Assembly: GCA_028534125.1 (NCBI GenBank)
Contig: CM052818.1
Span: 37,884,001 to 37,948,000, forward strand
Length of the DNA: 64,000 nt
Direction: 5' to 3'
From: Lama glama
Taxonomy: Eukaryota
A program made the position numbers and the translations under genes. Shown here one piece after another: positions 25,940-38,732 of the stretch. The notes beneath the pieces are model-generated. The model had not been told where the DNA came from and searched no databases. It was given only the letters and a program-made list of their open reading frames with translations. Each line of letters begins with the position of its first letter. The first letter of the stretch is position 1.

Positions 25940-28760
25940 GTTTTATTGGTAAACAGTTTGTTTTCCATTTTGGAAAAAAACACTACGATAAACAAAGCTG
26001 CATGAATTTTTATCTTTGCAAACTCACCCCTAGGAAAAAAATCACTTCGTAGCAACGAAATGACTGGATCCAAGGATATGCATAATTTTAAGGACTTTGA
26101 CACATGCTGTCATAAATCGCTCTCCAGAAAGTTTTTCCGAGTTTGCACTGCACCGTCAGAGACTGAGACAATCATGGCCCTAAACCCTCACCAGAAGGTA
26201 TTATTATCTTTTCTTTATCTTTGACAGGCTGATAATCTCAGTGTGACTCACTGTGCTTCTAATTTGAATTTTTGATTGCTAATCAAAAAAGTTGACTATG
26301 TTCATACATTTAATGCTGATTTACATTTCTTTTGTGAATTAAGTGATCTCATAATTGTTTAATTTATCTGTAATAATGTTTTGTACAGTTATCACCCCCT
26401 TAATTATATTCATTGAAAATATTCTCCCTAGAGATTTTAATTTTATACTTTTTAGATATAAAGAAGCTTTTAAAATTTAGATATAAAGAAGCATAGTCAA
26501 ATATAGCAATATTTTTCTTTAAATCAACATTTAGCTTGATCCTTAGAAAAGCTTTCCCTACCTTCAATATTATATCATTTTTCTTCATTTTGTATTGTTT
26601 TTAATGGTTTTAATTAAAAAAAAAAAACTACCCGCCATTTATTTGGATGAATGATCTGAAGTAAGCAGGTTGCTTTTTGTTTTTCCTGAAATAATTAGCC
26701 ACTTGTCTCATTTATCAGATTTCTTTTCAGCCAGTAGTGTCATTACAATCATAATTTTATTCACATTATTAACACAAATTATTACACTATTAATGTATAG
26801 TATTAATATATTGAGTAATCGTGAATCATACAATTTCATTAATTTATGTGCTAATTGAATCAGCTGTTTTCCTTGAGATCTTCATCTTATTTATACTGGT
26901 GTTTTTTGTTTTATTAGAAAATAACTTGTTTTTAGTTACACAAATGACACAGAATTATTGCCAAAAAAAATCAAACACAGTAGGAAAAAAAACCAGATAG
27001 AAATTGCTATTAGGTGTTTAGATTAGATTCTTTCATCTGTTGGCTGTTGTTTTCGACATGTGTCTCTCAAGATACTATACATCTCGATTTGTAGTCTATT
27101 TTTATATTCAAATACAGCAGAAAACTTCTCTAGCTAAATATACCTCCATAAGATCAAGTGTACTGCCTACATAATTTGGCACCAAAAAAAAAATTGTGCT
27201 GAAGTTCAGGCAACAATAATACAATAATAATACAATAATACAATAATACATCATATAGCTACATCTGTGGGGAAAGGTATGTCTGATTTGTAAGAAACTA
27301 AACCTTAGGTTTTCTGGGGAATTCTAACGTTCTTCCTCTTTATTTTGCATAACATGCCACAACCAAAGTCCTCTTCCCAAAGCATTGTTTTAAGTTAAGG
27401 AATAACCTGTAGGCAGTGAGGTGCCTGCATCTTAAGTGAACTGCTTTTGAGATTCTACTTACCTACAAGCTGGTGTAGCCACCACACGGGAGGCTCCTCC
27501 TTCCAGTGCCACTCAGGATCTGTCTACCCTCAGATGTGTCCCTTGGCTTCCCTGCCTACCCGCTACCCCAGGGAAGGGGGACCTCTCAGCACCACTCTTC
27601 CATTGGCCCCTCCCTTTGGCATGCTCCTCAATGCTTCCATGAAGGCACAAAGGAGCGTGTTGACAATGTGAGGGACTCCTGCTTGGTGGCTCGCCTTTTG
27701 GGGATTCGACACTGTCAAACCACGTCAGCTCTTAGATGGTTAGTTCAAAGCCTGATGGACGTTCTGCTAGTTTACCCCTTCCTAGTGGATTCCTCCTCCT
27801 TCTGCATTGGCAAGAATGAGAGAAACGGTCTCCTCTTTCTTATAAGAAGAAACTCACTTCCTGTTGTTTAGTTCCTTTCAGCTTCTTTGTGTCCTTAGCC
27901 CTCGAGGGCTTTACAAAAACTACGGTATTACAGTTTCTCAAGCTTGTTTTGATGTTTGGGGTGAGCTCTATAGTTTCTTGCAATTTTCTACATCAGAACA
28001 GAGAGCAGAACTCCTATCCTAGTGTTTTCAATCTTGGGATATATGTCTCTGTAGCTGTGGTTATAACTTCTTTCTCATTTATAGCACTAGGAACAGTATA
28101 TCCTCTCTCTCATTTCACAGATGATGCTTGCTAGAATTTGTTCTGTTGTATGGGTCTTTTTAAAAATTTTAGTTATTGACTAAATCAAGTATTCTGTGAC
28201 TTAGTTTTCTAATTGTATTAATCATGTTTCTATCTTTCTTAAACTCATTTCTTCTGATGTTATACGATTTACTGTATTGCTCTTTTATTACCTTACTTAA
28301 GCTTAAAATTTTATATGCTTTAAAAATAAAAGGGCGTAAATCTATAATGTTTCCCCTAGATATACCTTTGTTTTTAATCTCATTAAGTTTTGGTAGAAAT
28401 TTTTCAGAGTGCTTATTGATAAATAGATATGTATCAGGGCTTTATTTAATTTTGATGACACCATTATTTAGCAGAGTACCCCAGCCCCCCAGGGATCTGG
28501 AATTGAGCTATCTATTAGTAAATACTTACTATTAGCACTTCATTGTGTGTAAAGTATTTGCAGTTAAATATTCTTTATTGAGTAGAATATGATCAGTGTT
28601 ATTTCTGAATAACAAAGGCAATTGAAAAGCATGTTTAGTCTTTGCTTCTAAGACACAGAGTTGAACATTTATTTACCAATTAAATCAAGTCTGGTCATTG
28701 ATTCAAATTCTCTATATCTATATTCTTATATACCATATTTCTCAACAAAAAGAAATTATT
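25940..28760 (-). mobile_element. Old fragmented L1 (L1ME-like) ORF2 remnants, interrupted at ~27.2-27.9 kb
   Basis: ORF 25894..26103(-) 'SLDPVISLL...IHAALFIV' is a decayed 'YDPAIPLL...FIAALFTI'. Strongly T-rich plus strand with 'cttagaaaagctttccctacc'. Confidence 0.6.
27213..27250. repeat. (ACAATAAT)n short tandem repeat
   Basis: acaataatacaataataatacaataatacaataataca. Confidence 0.85.
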
Positions 28761-29164
28761 ATAAATATTACCCTATTGACTAGGTGATTTAGAGACTGGA
28801 GAAAATTGGGGGTAAAGCTAACATTTAGAACTCTGCCTTAAAATAGGATAAAGTACAGTTCTAAACAAGAGTAGTGGCCATGGAAAGGTGACTCCAGAAA
28901 TCAATAAATCATTAGACTCAAAAGATAAAATATTAATTTTCTGTTGATACAAGTCTTCACTCCATCAAAGTTATGTTGTATGCCTTTTATCCTATATTTA
29001 GAACACATTTGGGATTATGGTCCCTAATTCAAAGATGCAGAAACTTATAGAACCTAAGCATTTTCCCTAACATCACACAGCTTTTAAGTAGCAGAGCTAA
29101 GGCCTGAACTACGTTGTAATGAATATTAATTGTCTTCCCATAACACTGGAATTGTCTGCATAAT

Positions 29165-29720
29165 TAAAAGGTCTTGTCACTAAATTAATTGGGGAAGAAA
29201 AGCCCAAATCAAAATTATGCAGAAGGCTAAAGGTTTGGTTAATTCAGTAGCTCATCCAGGGCCCAGATTATTTCTGTTTTTCCCTCCTCATCTTTCTCAG
29301 CAAAGATGACCTTTGCCCTGAGGTTTATCCCCTTATGTTCTCAATATAGCTGTAATGGCTGTATTGGCTGTATCACATTTTTATCCAATAATGTCTAAGG
29401 AATCTCCTTCCCCCCAAAAGAGAAATTGCTTCTCTTCTTTGTGTCACTTTTTAAGAATGAAGACAACTTTGCTAATCTCAGCAAATATCCCCTCAGAACT
29501 CAGTGGCCAGAATTGTACCACGTGCCCAGTTCTAACCAATTATGATCAAGGAAAATGAAATTACTGTTATTCATTTATACTTACCAAGATTTAGCACTTG
29601 AGACATGAGAAGCTGGAGAAGCTGACTTCTGATACTAAAAAAAAAAAAAAAAAGGTCATTTCTATTGTCAAAAATAAGGCAAGGGGGTGGCTGAGGGCAG
29701 GTGACAGTGTCTGTGATACA
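29165..29720 (-). mobile_element. MaLR LTR, MLT1K/L-like
   Basis: 'ctcagtggccagaattgtaccacgtgcccagttctaaccaattatgatcaagg' and a terminus 'gtgtctgtgataca'. Confidence 0.7.
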
Positions 29721-30075
29721 GATATTGGAGATAAGAGCAAGAGAGGATGAGTCAAAAACTATTACAGGCCATATCTTCTGGGAAATGGGGAAAATAGATT
29801 ATTATTGAGAGAAATAGGAAAAGAACAAAGAGCTGTCAGCCTGATGGAAAGATGATAGCTTTAGTTTGGCACAAGATGGTCAAAGGGATGAGATTTTCAA
29901 CAAGAATTGCAGGCACATAGTTACAAAGATTTGAAGCACACAGGAGCAGCCAGAGTACAGACCTGAGTCTTGAGAACTTCTTCATAAATATGGTAGTTGC
30001 TGTCATGGAAGTGAGTACAACTGCTGAGAGAGACACTTGGAAAGAACAAAGACTGAGCATCAGGTATCATTTCTA
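29721..30075 (-). mobile_element. L2 fragment
   Basis: 'ttcataaatatggtagttgctgtcatggaagtgagt' is a decayed L2 RT-region motif. Confidence 0.55.
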
Positions 30076-31116
30076 ATTAAGAAGACAAAGATATGAATAC
30101 ATGGAGAAAATACAAATGGACACAAAAATAAATATTATTCTTTTTTGAAAAAGCCAATGTCACTCCATTGCAAACATAAACTATTAAACTCAACATTGAA
30201 TTATTAACATCCTTCATCCTTTTTCTTCTTTTTCAGTAAATAGCATTTCAAAAATCTTTAAATGTCCCATCAAGTAGTGGTACCATTATTTACTTAAACA
30301 TTCCTTTGTTTTAGATATTTACTTACAGTTATTTTTCTTTTATCTGCTCCTTTAATCTAGTCTCAGCTTTCTACCTCAAAATGTGAGCCAAGAGGTATAC
30401 ATACTCCCAGAGCAAGATAAAGATATTTTCAGCAAGACAATTGGCTTGCAAGCAATGTTTAATATGGAGAGAGAGATGCTTGAAATTCCGTTGGTATATT
30501 GTGAAATAAGCTTGATTTATGAGACCATATATATCTTCTCACACCAACACTTAACCACAAGGATGGATTCAGTCAGGAGAATGTGATGTAAAGAAAGTAA
30601 ATGTGACTATCCATCCCATCTTCAAGGATTATGGAACGATAGGAAAGTAATGGGAGAAGTACCTGATCAGATGGGTGTCCCGATATCCTCTATCAGACTT
30701 TAACCCAAAGGGATCAACATATGTCATATTAATTATTGAAATGGAGACTCAGAACACAACTATTCTGCATTAGGTATAAATATGAAGGAGACTACATAAT
30801 TAATGAATGATGTTTTGTGTCCGAAAGAGAGGATTCTGGTTTGTTTTCCTAAGCTTCTCCTAATGCTTAAGTGGCGTGGCACTGTGTGACAAAGTTAAGG
30901 TGACTTGATGACATAAGCTGGAAATGGACTACTATGGTAGGCTGCCTGGTGGAGGAAATGACGCAGAATCAGAACTATCTAGAACCCAGACTAGAGTTGA
31001 ACGGCAATTGAGTTAGCAAAGAGAGACCATTAGGCTCTTACTGAAGTGAGAAGGAATCGGTCTGTGTATTGTCAGTGAAAGGTATCAGCTGTAGCTGCCA
31101 GCAGAATCCAGGATAA

Positions 31117-31647
31117 TATGGTAGCTGGTGTTGACAGTGGCCACTACTTCTTTTCCTCCTGTACATGCATGACCTTCCTCTATGGAGAAGTGGAGTCTAT
31201 GATTCTATTCCCTTTGAATCTGGATTTTTCTTTGGGACCTGCTTGAACAATAGAATGTGGCCAAAGTAACACTTGGGATTTCTGAGGCTAACTCATTAAA
31301 AGCCTTGAACCTTCCATGAAGGTCTCTTGGAATACCAGGAACCATGTTATGAGAAGCCTGAGGTACACGGAGAGGTCATGTGTGGGCTCTCCACGTGATA
31401 ACGTAAGGTGAACTTTCATCCATGGATAGCATCAACTGTCAGCCATGTGAGTGGGTCATGTTACATCCAGCCCAGACCAAGCTATAGATGATTCCAACAC
31501 TGTAGCTGCAAGCCTGAGAGACCCGAAGATAGAACCATCCAGCTAAGTCCAGTCCATCCACAGAACTGTGAAAGAGAACTTTCAGTTTTTATTTTAAGTC
31601 CCTGAGTTTTAGAGTGGTTTATTATGCAGCAAGAGGTAACCAGAGCA
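31117..31647 (+). mobile_element. MaLR solo LTR, MLT1G/H-like
   Basis: 'gaagtggagtctat...cctttgaatctgg...aatagaatgtggccaaagt', with 3' end 'ttttaagtccctgagttttagagtggtttattatgcagcaagaggtaaccagagca'. Confidence 0.85.
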
Positions 31648-31989
31648 GAGGAGCTCAGTCCAAACACACCCCAGTAGATACCTCTGAAGCCAACCTCAAA
31701 GTGGATCTGGGGGGTGGTGTTTTTCACCATGTAGGCAAGAGGTCATGTCCCCCAATTTCCTAAATGCATTTTCAAGTAAAGCAGGACTATGGAATAAGCA
31801 TAAGAAAAACTGAGCTTTATTTCCCCCCCCAATACTAGACATTATCTAAAATAATTTTAAAATTGCTATACTAGGCTAAATATTAGAACAGATTGAATAT
31901 ACTAAGTGGAGGCTAATAAGGAAGACTAGATCATCTACGGTCAAACAAAGAAAATGTATTTTATGTAGATGACATTGTAACTAAGTAGA

Positions 31990-32160
31990 GCAATGAACAG
32001 TCCATCACAGGCTCGTTGTTAAAATAAAGTTTTATTGGAACATTGCCGTGCCTATTGATTTACATCTTGCCTACAACAGTTGAGGCAAAGATTATATGGC
32101 CTGGGAACCCTGAGGTCTTTATTCTCTGGCGCTTTAGAGAAAAGGTGTACTGATCTCTAT
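31990..32160 (+). mobile_element. MER58A-like hAT-Charlie DNA transposon
   Basis: 'aaataaagttttattggaaca...tctggcgctttagagaaaagg...tgatctct'. Confidence 0.75.
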
Positions 32161-32209
32161 ATAAAGTGGAAGTCGGAACCATGATTCAGACTTACTTTAA
32201 GACCTTTTT

Positions 32210-33420
32210 GCAATTATGCTTTCAGGGTAAATTCCTAGAAGTGGAATGGCTAAGTCACAGAGTTTGTACAATATTAAAGATTTTCATATATTTTAGTCCC
32301 AATTTATCTCCAGAAAAACTGTCAGTTAAAATACAAGCATTTTAATATGAGATGACTAAATTCCCTATATCCTCACCAACTTCATAAAATTGAAATCTTG
32401 AGTCTTTTATTAAAAAAAGAATATCTTTGTACATAGTACTTTATCTGTATTTATGATCATTATTTAAGATACTTTCCTATGAGCAAATACAGTGTCAAAA
32501 TATACTGTATTAAAAGTGTATTAAATCCCTTGCTGTGAATTGCCAAATTAAATCCAGAAAAGTTGTATCAATTTATACTGCTCTTTATAATATATGAAGT
32601 TGATACATTTATTTTACTTAACAAATGAATATGTCAGATAAATTGACATTTATTTCATTTAGTAGTGTCAATTAAGTTTTTCACGTTAGGCAAAAATTAT
32701 ATTCCATATTTGTTTTAATTCACTCTTTATTCCTTGAGATAAGTAAGCATATCCTATAAACGTATTAACCAGTTAGAATAACATCAAAGGCTTCTAATGG
32801 CTCTCTGGCTTTTCTTTGTTTCCCTAATTGTGTTTATAAAACACGAATTCAAGAATACATTTTTTAAAAACATGCATATGGACTTTCTACTCCACTTCTG
32901 TGCTGATCTACTTTTATGCTAGTACTATTCAATAATAATTATTATAGATTATGATATATTCTGGCATCTAGGAAGGCTTAGAGATACACTTACTGTTCTT
33001 CTTTTAGTTTTGGTTATTCATATGCACTTTCTTTTCTAGATTATTTTAGAGGACCCTGTCAAAGTCCATAAAAATCCTTTTGACGTTTGTGTTGAAAATG
33101 ACTTGGTATGTTTGAAATTCCATCCAATTTCTACTGAGGTGTTTGGTACTAAAAATTATTTTGGGTTGATTATAAGTCAAACTATTTTTAATATTTGTGA
33201 GAATCACAATTACCTTTTAATTTTTATAATAGTGTTTTTGGCACAAAGAAATTATTTTTATTTTGATTCTCTCATTATATTGATCTTTTAAATTGTTTTT
33301 TTTTTCCTGTGTTGACATATTAAATGGCATTCTCTGTTGTACACATGGTTAAATTAAAATCTTACCTTAATAGAAGAAAAAACAGGGTATGTTTTCTATG
33401 ATGTAAATACTAACTAAAAT
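32210..33420 (-). mobile_element. Old L1 (L1ME-like) ORF2 remnants
   Basis: 'gggtaaattcctagaagtggaatggctaagtca', 'ccctatatcctcaccaac', T-rich plus strand. Confidence 0.65.
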
Positions 33421-33734
33421 TTAAGCTATAATAAAAGCAGTTGAGATTTTTAAATAATGAGGCTAGTTTGGATATAAATAGAGCCTTTATCATGAGGAAT
33501 TCAAATAGTGCACGTAATAGGTTTGATTGTCAGGGTAGAATTTTTTAGGTTCCGACTTTATGGCACTCGGCCCTTATTGGTAGTTGACACTGGGAGTGGG
33601 TTTGAGTTCATGGGTTCAGGGCGTTTCTGGCTCATTTACGTAACAACCCAGTAGTGTCCTTAGAGTGGCAGCAGGTCCACTTTCTTGGTCCTGCTATGAG
33701 CTCATTGCCTTTAGGTTATGTCTGTGGTAGTAAT

Positions 33735-34620
33735 AACTCTAATAGAAAACACAGATGCTGTGAAGGCACATTACAATGGGATCCAGCCAAGAACGGCAAT
33801 TCAGAGATGCTTCCCATGGGCAGTAATATTTAAACTGAAATGAGTGGGATTTGTCAGGGTAGATAAGTAAATAGAGGAGATATTAACCAGGGAAAAGGTA
33901 GTCCAAGGAGAGAAAGAGATGTACAAAGTCTTGCAGGTGAGGGGAAACAGGGCATATTGGGAAGAACAAAAATACCATGTCATTGGAAGTCAAGTCAAGA
34001 ATGGCCTTAGGAGACATTTTAATGGATTTAGATAAAAGGCAGGAAGAAACCAGTAAAGAAGGAGTGAAAAGATCATATTTGCATCGTAAAAGGATCATTT
34101 GGTCCTCTTGGTGGGGAAAAAAAAAGAATTGAAAGGATGCTGGACCGAAGTTATAGACAAAGATCAGCAATCTAGTCTGCAGAATCCAGCTACAGAGATA
34201 AACAGTGAGGAAGAAGGGACAGGATGGGGGTAGAGTTTAGTAACAGAATTGGTAGGAACTCTTGATTCACTGGCTGTGATTATTGAGGGAAAGTGAAGAC
34301 CCTGAGATTACCTCCCGGTTTCTGTGTACGGTGCCATGTCCTGAATTAAGAAGCACAGAGAGGAGATCTTGTGGTAGCTCACAGTGAAAAAAAAATGTGA
34401 CGATGAATATATGTATGTTCATGTATAACTGAAAAATTGTGCTCTACACTGGAATTTGACACAACATTGTAAAATGACTATAATGCAATAAAAAAAAATG
34501 TTAAAAAAAAAAAAAGAAGCACAGAGAGGAAGAAGGTTTGGGGAGGGAATGTTGAGTTGTGAGTAAACTTTGAAACGGCTCCACTACCTACAAGGGTCAT
34601 GTCCGGTAGGGAATTCAATC
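33735..34620 (-). mobile_element. L2 remnant (interrupted by a young L1 insertion)
   Basis: 'cagagatgcttcccatgggcagtaatatttaaactgaaatgagtggg', 'aaaggatcatttggtc', 'gaagcacagagaggaagaaggtttgggagggaatgttgagtt'. Confidence 0.7.
34365..34513 (+). mobile_element. Young 5'-truncated camelid-type L1 (149 bp) with 17-bp TSD
   Basis: L1 3' terminus 'gtatgttcatgtataactgaaaaattgtgctctacactggaatttgacacaacattgtaaaatgactataa' plus poly(A). AAGAAGCACAGAGAGGA at 34348-34364 and 34514-34530, with a TT|AAGA nick site. Confidence 0.92.
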
Positions 34621-35326
34621 TAAAAACTGGGCAATGTACAAAGCCGTCTCGTGTACATGATACAATCCAACTCCTGGAGTCCCGGGAATTCAGACTGCCA
34701 TGACATTTTAGGAACAAAACGGAAATCAGGTCAGATCAGTTACGCATTCAAGTACACCCAGAAAGTAAAGGGGATGGACCAGCCAAGAAACTTGGCCCCC
34801 TTATTTCTTGCTTACTAATCTTTGCCCAGCAACTCATGGTCCCTCTGATCACAAGAGCTTGCAGAATGAAAGAATTTTAATTCTTTGTGTAGAATGCAAT
34901 GAACTATTTACCACATATAATGCTCAAGGTTATTTGTAGATACTGAAGGATAAAATAAGCAGACCATGAAAAATGAAAGAAATTATAAAGAACCTGAAAA
35001 TAAAACTTCTACTTCATTGGAAAGGCCCCTCCATCATTTAGCTTTAAGCATCTTTAATTCTTTAGGAATGTGTGTTAATGGAAAATGATTTAAAGTTGCA
35101 TTTTTTTCATGCTATAGATGGAATGCTGCTTTTTAAAGTGTTGGTTACAAATTAATCAACATTATGTAGGAATAATTTGTGGGAGGTGGTCAAAGAGAAA
35201 CAGAAACCATATTCCTGAACGGTTGCCCTTAGTATTACCCCAGAAACGACATCTCATATAAGGTTATCACAAATAGCACACTTACAGAATAAATTATAAA
35301 TAAGATTAAATGAAATAGCAGTGAGG

Positions 35327-35439
35327 TGGGGGGTAGGGCATAGCTCAGTGGCAGAGTATGTGCTTAGCCTGTATGAGGTCCTGGGTTCAATCCTGAGTAC
35401 CTCCATTAAAAAATAATTTCTTTTTAATTAAAAAAAAAT
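35327..35439 (+). mobile_element. tRNA-Ala-derived SINE (camelid vic-1 type)
   Basis: Pol III A box TAGCTCAGTGG 35341-35351, B box GGTTCAATCC 35384-35393, AGC anticodon-like loop and A-rich tail. CAGTGAGG TSD at 35319-35326 and 35440-35447. Confidence 0.88.
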
Positions 35440-36386
35440 CAGTGAGGAAAAAATAGGTAGGATTAGAACACAAGGGAAAGAAAAATGTTGGGAGAAAATT
35501 AAAATATAAATGGCTGCACATGAAAACTGCAGATTCGGGCAGGGTAACTACTTGAATCTAGACAACCAAGATGAGAAGGTGGTTGGAGAAATAAATCCAA
35601 GCAGGGACAGAAGAGAGCTACCCAATTGAAAAGTGTCAGTCTTACTTCCTTCCGGAAGACGTTGGTCTCTCGGAGACCTAACAGGCACGCTGCACTGAAG
35701 GCGATGCAGCCAGAACTGGGGGGGTGACTCTTCTTGTTCCCATCCTCCCAGCAGCATCTGCCAGGCTTTGTGAGGTGCACGCCTAAAGGACCATTTCCCC
35801 TTGCTAGGTACAAAGAAGATTCAAACTCTGTAAGTGTTAACTTAAAAAAAAAAAACTTGTGTGTACCATTTCAATCTTTACACTCTCATCTACATTAAGG
35901 CCCAATTGCTAGACTCTGGATGTATGCTCTGAACCGGGGAAGTCCCAACCTCAGTACCACTGCAGGCTGTATCTAGATGGCGGACTTTGGAAAGAGCCCC
36001 CTGTAGCTTCCTGAAAGGCAGGAAAAATCCAGGAAGAAAGCCTTTCCCCCTTATAACCGGCCGTCCCTGGCTCTGGTCAATCACAGCGATTCCAAAGGTC
36101 GGTGTCATTGTCCCTCCAAAAGAAGGAGCAAGATGTTCTCCACAATCTGAGAAGGACCCTTTAGAGCCTGAGCCCTGATGACCGGTCAGCCTGCCCTTTG
36201 TGGAGCGCCAGGCGCAGCAGGGGGACCTCAAGTCCGGGGAAGAGATGACAAGAGCTGCTTTTATCTGTGGCCAAAAAACTCTGACTCTGAGGAGCTCCTT
36301 GATTTCACAGTAATAGAACACGAATGGCCTGTAAACACAGGACAGGTGGAGAATAGCAGCACACATCCACCAGTGCTCATCACTTT

Positions 36387-36578
36387 AGAAGGGCTCTCAG
36401 ACGTAACTGTGCATCAGAATCATCCAGAAGGTTTGTTAAAACCATCCACTGTGCTCCTCGTCCAGAGCGCCTCAGTCAGTGTGGTCCAGGGTGAGTCCTG
36501 GAAACTTGTGTCTCTGATGAATTTCAATGTCTCAGATGCTGATGTTTCTGGTCCAGGATCACCTGTGAGAACAACCCG
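36387..36578. mobile_element. MER5A-like hAT-Charlie element
   Basis: 'tgtgcatcagaatcatccagaaggtttgttaaaa...gatgctgatgtttctggtccaggatcacctgtgagaac'. Confidence 0.8.
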
Positions 36579-37534
36579 TCTGATTTGGCAGAGCGGTGAG
36601 GGGCAGGGCTGCGACTGAGGCTGGGGTGCTCCTACAGCCGGCACAGAACCCTCCCCGGGGAGGTCTGCCCCTCCCCACCACGTGCTACGTGGCCATTGCA
36701 CCCCCCTGCCATCAGTCCGTGTGTTTGCCTCTGCCAGCATTTCCTCGCTGGGGTAATTACGCTATTACTCAACAAGACAGTGGAGGTCCTGTGACCTCTC
36801 GCCAATTCTATCTGCCTGCTTTCCAGAATCACAGTCTTTAAATGAACCACGTACACACACACTATTTAAACTGGCCGAACTCTGCAGGCAGATTACTCTT
36901 AAATTGCCTGACCTTTGGGGTCAGAGAGGTTCAAAGGTGCAGAGTGGCAGAGTGGGGTCTGCCCCTTTGGGTATTCGACCTACTCGGTGTAACCCGCTCC
37001 CAGGAACAAGTGAAAATAAACTGACATCACACACAACCAGTTCCACAGTCCTCCCCAGGTACAACTGAGCCCATCTGCCCTGCTATTCCGTGACCTCATC
37101 TTCCATGTACTAGCTCCCTTTAATCTCAGTACTTTCGCCCTCATATGTGTTCAGCCTTTTCAAACAGGATTTTGTCTTATACCTTCTGGAGCCACCCACT
37201 GCCGTGTGTGTAACAGAGCTAACTGCAGGCAGGGTGCCGCCCCCCCCCCACCTGTCACACCCGCCCCCCTGAAAATGGGTGCAGGTTATAGAGGAGGATC
37301 AGAGAGAGACACACTGTGTGGAAAAGACAAGACATTGGAAATAAAAGACGAGACTCCCTTGGGGATACAGCTTAAGCCTCGTCACATTTACTGCTGTTAC
37401 CATAGAGAAACCAGTCAAAATATCCAGGTAAATCTAAGTCACGGAAGCTGCCCTGGATGTACCTTTTATAAGCAGCTTTCCAAAGTGCCGCAGCCCAGAC
37501 AGAGATCCCTCACCTGAACTCCTGATAAAGGTCA

Positions 37535-37770
37535 TAATAGCTGCCGACAGGCTGCTCGTGCCAAGCCCTGGGGGAAGCGCTTTACTTGTGTGATATCATT
37601 TGATAATTACAACGTCTTTAGCAGAGAATACTGGGTTTCCACATTTGACACGTGAGGAAACGGAGACTTAGAGAAGTTAAGTAACCTGTCGAAATTTACA
37701 CCTCTAATCCGGGTCAGAACTAGGATTTCCACCCTGTCTGCTTTCCTTTGGAGCAGCCTCAGCCAATCAT
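37535..37770 (-). mobile_element. MIR SINE
   Basis: 'gtgccaagccct...aagcgctttac...gtgaggaaacggagacttagagaagttaagtaacctg'. Confidence 0.85.
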
Positions 37771-38668
37771 GCCACACTTCGGGGGTTTTGTTGGACACAT
37801 TTGGATGAATATCTTATGAGCAAATGGACCTCAGTTCAACACAGACGTGGGGTGGACCAGTTGGGCGTCTGGCCCGCTGTGCGCACAGATCCACCAGGAT
37901 GGGCTGGAGGTGGGAAGAGCAAACCATGGAGCGGGGACCCTGCCCGGGGAGCGTTTTTATATACAAGCAGGCTCTGGGGAACTGGGCAGGAGAACATATG
38001 GCTAAGAGGCCAAATGTGTGAAAAGCAAAGTATACAATATACACATTAGCCAAAACCGAGAACTAAAAGAGGCTAGCTGAGTAGGCGAAATAGGAGAAAT
38101 GACTGTCTTCCAAAATCAGCGACAGAGCTGCCCTCGGCTCAGATGGGGACAGGCTGGCTGCCTAACGTCCTAGGGACTTCGGCATGTATCCGGTGCGCTG
38201 GGGGTATATACAATGCCCTCTCATTTTAATATTTATTTAGAAGTTAATTACTGTCACTGCCAGCTCTTTTATCTCAGCAACATTTCAGAGAAATGTATTC
38301 AGGCATTATGTGACTTGTAAGTAAGATTAACAAGAAAGTTCAGAGAAGTGTAATAATCAAGGGATTTGGCTGTTAATAAAGAACTTAATGAAAAACAAAT
38401 GAGTTAACACCACCTAGAATTTGAATTTGGCTAAAGCAAATTCTAGAATTGCATATAGCACACTTTCTTCAGCATACATCGTGGCGCACCTAGATCCAAA
38501 ATGAATGATCAGTGACCACAGTCATGTGCAAATGGCCAAGGAGAATAACAAACTTGGAGGGTTATTTTAGACCCACAAGCTCTGGATCATTTAAACATCT
38601 TTAAATAAACACAGTGTGCTTTCAAGTGGGCTTCACTGGGTGTATTATCTGCATTACGCCCTTGTGCG

Positions 38669-38732
38669 CATATACATGCACACAGACATAAGGACACACA
38701 CACACACACACACATATACACGCACATACACT
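38669..38732. repeat. Imperfect (CA)n microsatellite
   Basis: CA-rich run seen directly. Confidence 0.85.

Noticed and set aside
35327..35410. tRNA-Ala gene
   Set aside because: Stems are degenerate, and the A-rich tail and TSD identify it as a SINE.
35890..36740. Cluster of 106-158 aa ORFs
   Set aside because: No recognisable protein, partly overlapping a MER5A element, and expected in GC-richer DNA.
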